Positions 61,507 through 64,000 of a stretch of 64,000 nucleotides of DNA are shown one piece after another (the first letter of the stretch is position 1; each line of letters starts with the position of its first letter). The notes under the pieces were generated by a model. It did no database searches. It worked only from the letters and a program-made list of their open reading frames with translations, and had not been told where the DNA came from. The stretch is from Mobula hypostoma (taxonomy: Eukaryota), in the NCBI RefSeq assembly GCF_963921235.1, contig NC_086101.1:8372001-8436000 (forward strand). Reading direction: 5' to 3'. The position numbers and the translations under genes are program-made.

Positions 61507-61768
61507 ACTCCCTCTCTCATACCACTGTAATTTCCTTTACTCCACTGAAATGCTGCTACGTCTGACTTTACTTTCTCCCTATCAAATTTCAAGTTGAACT
61601 CAATCATACTGTGATCACTGGTTCCTAAGGGTTCTTTTACCTTAAGCTCCCTAATCACCTCCAATTCATTGCATAACGGTCAGTCCAGTATAGCAGATCC
61701 CCTAGTAGGCTCAACGACGAACTGTTCTAAAAAGCCATCTCATAGGCATTCAACAAACTCACTCTCTT

Positions 61769-62104
61769 TTTTTTTCCTCTCACCATAACTCCTTGCCTGT
61801 TCTCCATCTTCCTCTGGTGCTCCCCTCCCCCTTTCTTTCTTCCAAGGCCTTCCATCCTATGATACTCCCCCTTCTTCAGCCTTGTATCCCTTTTGCCAAT
61901 CAATTCTCCAGCTCTTAGCTTCATCCCTCCCCGTCTTGTCTTTTCCTATCATTTCAGGTCTCCCCCTCCCCCTCCCACTTTCAAATCTCTTACTATCTCT
62001 TTTTTCCGTTAGTCCTGATGAAGGGTCTCGACCGGAAACATTGACTGTACCTCTTCCTATAGATGCTGCCTGGCCTGCTGCATTCCACCAGCATTTTGTG
62101 TGTG
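61769..62104 (+). mobile_element. Penelope terminal-repeat insertion
   Basis: Matches ~21900-22230; 10-bp TSD TCACTCTCTT (61759-61768, 62105-62114). Confidence 0.88.
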
Positions 62105-64000
62105 TCACTCTCTTGGGATGAATTTCCAACCTGATTTTCCCAATCAACCTCATGTTAAAATCTCTCATGACTATCATAATATTGCCCTTTTGACATGCCT
62201 TTCCTATTTCCTATTGTAGTGTGTAGTCCATGTCCCAGCTACTGTTGGGATGCCTGTATATAACTGCCATCAAAGTCCTTTTATACTTGCAAAAGGACTT
62301 TTTATACTTCTAAAAGGACTTTAGTCCTCTTAACTCAACCCAGAAGGATTGAACATCTTCCAATCCTATGTCACATCTTTCTACTGCTTTGATGCCCATT
62401 CTTTATGAGCAGAGCCACGCCACCCCCTATGCCTACCTTCCTTTCCTCCCAATGCAACATGTAACCTTGGAGATTTAGCTCCCAACTACAACTATCCTTC
62501 AGTCACGATTCAGTGATGGCCACAACATTATACCTGACAATATGTAATAATACAAGATCATCCACCTTATTTCTTCTACTTTGTGCTTTGACATATAACA
62601 CATTGACTGCTGCATTTGCTACACTTTTGAATCTGCATCCCTAATACACTGATACTCACTCTGCTGGCTGCAATTTTGTCCTATCATCTGCCTGCCCTTC
62701 CTGACAGCCTGCACGCTATCTTTGCTTTTTTTGCCATCCATCCTATCCTGAGTCCCTTCACTCCGGTTCCAACCCCCCTGCCAAATTGTTTAAACCCTCC
62801 CCAATAGCTCTAACAAACCTGCCCATGAGCATATTGGTCCCCCTCGGGTTCAGGTACAACCCGACACTTTTGAACAGATCAAACCTCCCCCAGAAGAGAT
62901 CCCAATGATCCAGGAATCTGAAGCCCTGCCCCTGCATAGCTTGTCAGCCATGCATTACTTTGCCAAATCATCCTGTTTCTACCCTCACTGGCATGTGGCA
63001 CAGGCTGCAATGAAGAAATTCCCGCTTCTCAGCTTTCTACTTCGCTCTCTAAATTCTCTTTTCAGGACCTTATTGGTTTTGCTTCCTATGTTATTGGTAC
63101 CAATATGTACCAAGACATCTGGCTTTTTTCCCTCCCTCTCCAAAATATTGTGGACGTGACAATATTGGGAGGCAACATACCATCTGGGTGTCCCGTGCAT
63201 GTCCACAGAATCTCCTGCCTGTTCCTCTGGTTATTGAGTCCCCTGTCACTACCACTTCCCTCTTCCTTCCCTTTCCCTTCTGCACCACAGTCCAATGTTC
63301 GGTGCCAGTATACCGGTCTCCATGGCATTCCCTTGGAAAGTCATCCCCACAAAAGTATCCAAAACAGTTTACTTATTATTGAGCGGAATGGCCACAGGGA
63401 TGTTCTGTGGTAACTACCTACTCACATTCCCATTTCTCCCGACAGTCATCCAGCTGCTCACCTCCTGCAACTTCGGGGTGACAATTCCCTGTAACTCTGA
63501 TCAATTATCTCCTCACCCTCCTCTATGTTCTGAAGATCATCCAGCTGCTGTTCCAGATCGCTAACACAATCTACAAGGAGCTGCATCCGGATGCACTTCA
63601 CGCAGATATAGTTCCCTGGAAGACTCTTGGCATGAAGAACACACATCAGCCATTCACCACACGAGGGACAGCAAGAGAAATCAAAAGGAGCCTTAACAGA
63701 ACCAAACAAGAGGAATTCTGCAGATGCTGGAAATTCAAGCAGAACCAACACCTCTTTTGAGCCGAAGCCTCCTTTGAGCCAAAGTCTGACATGCCTACTC
63801 TAACAATGACCGTTCCGGGTGGTGAGAGTGTGGAATGAGCTGCCTACAGAAGTGGTGGATGCGGGTTTGATTTCAACATTTAAGAGAAATTTGGGTAGGT
63901 ACATGGAGGGGAGGGTTATGGGGGCCTTTGGACCAGGTGCAGGTTAATAGTTTGGCTTGAGCCAGTGGGCCTGTTTCTGTGCTGTCGTACTCATGACTCT

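Larger units (their letters stand above)
56550..63700 (-). mobile_element. Near full-length decayed CR1 hosting four nested insertions
   Basis: RT ORFs at 56664-59374; ORF1 remnants VVTGDSITRG, VLVHIGTNNI and CVKCIRMQLLVDCV (62985-63751). Confidence 0.88.

Overview
This is a eukaryotic, repeat-saturated window. The mix of CR1, V-SINE, Penelope, Rex1/Babar and a 33-bp satellite suggests a cartilaginous fish such as a ray (inference). I could not recognise any host protein-coding gene, rRNA, true tRNA or CRISPR array. Almost all long ORFs are retroelement ORFs or artefacts of tandem repeats. Contents: the 3' half of a young L1 with an uninterrupted ORF2; an R4/Dong element broken by a Harbinger derivative and a CR1; a ~3.8-kb 33-bp satellite with Tx1-clade pieces embedded in satellite DNA; many CR1 LINEs, two near full length with an esterase-type ORF1 and heavily nested; Rex1/Babar and RTE LINEs; solo LTRs with target-site duplications (TSDs); and a near full-length Penelope-like element (RT + GIY-YIG) with many short derivatives of its terminal repeat that carry a minimal hammerhead-ribozyme motif. 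Most notable observations: (1) hammerhead-bearing Penelope mini-elements that insert as fold-backs, one of which has apparently captured ~240 bp of DNA from ~2 kb away; (2) an old inverted duplication hidden by later insertions, with arms at ~31.2-42.5 kb and ~47.9-51.5 kb; (3) Tx1 fragments sitting within satellite DNA. Family names come from recalled motif knowledge, not database searches. Boundaries without a stated TSD are approximate.
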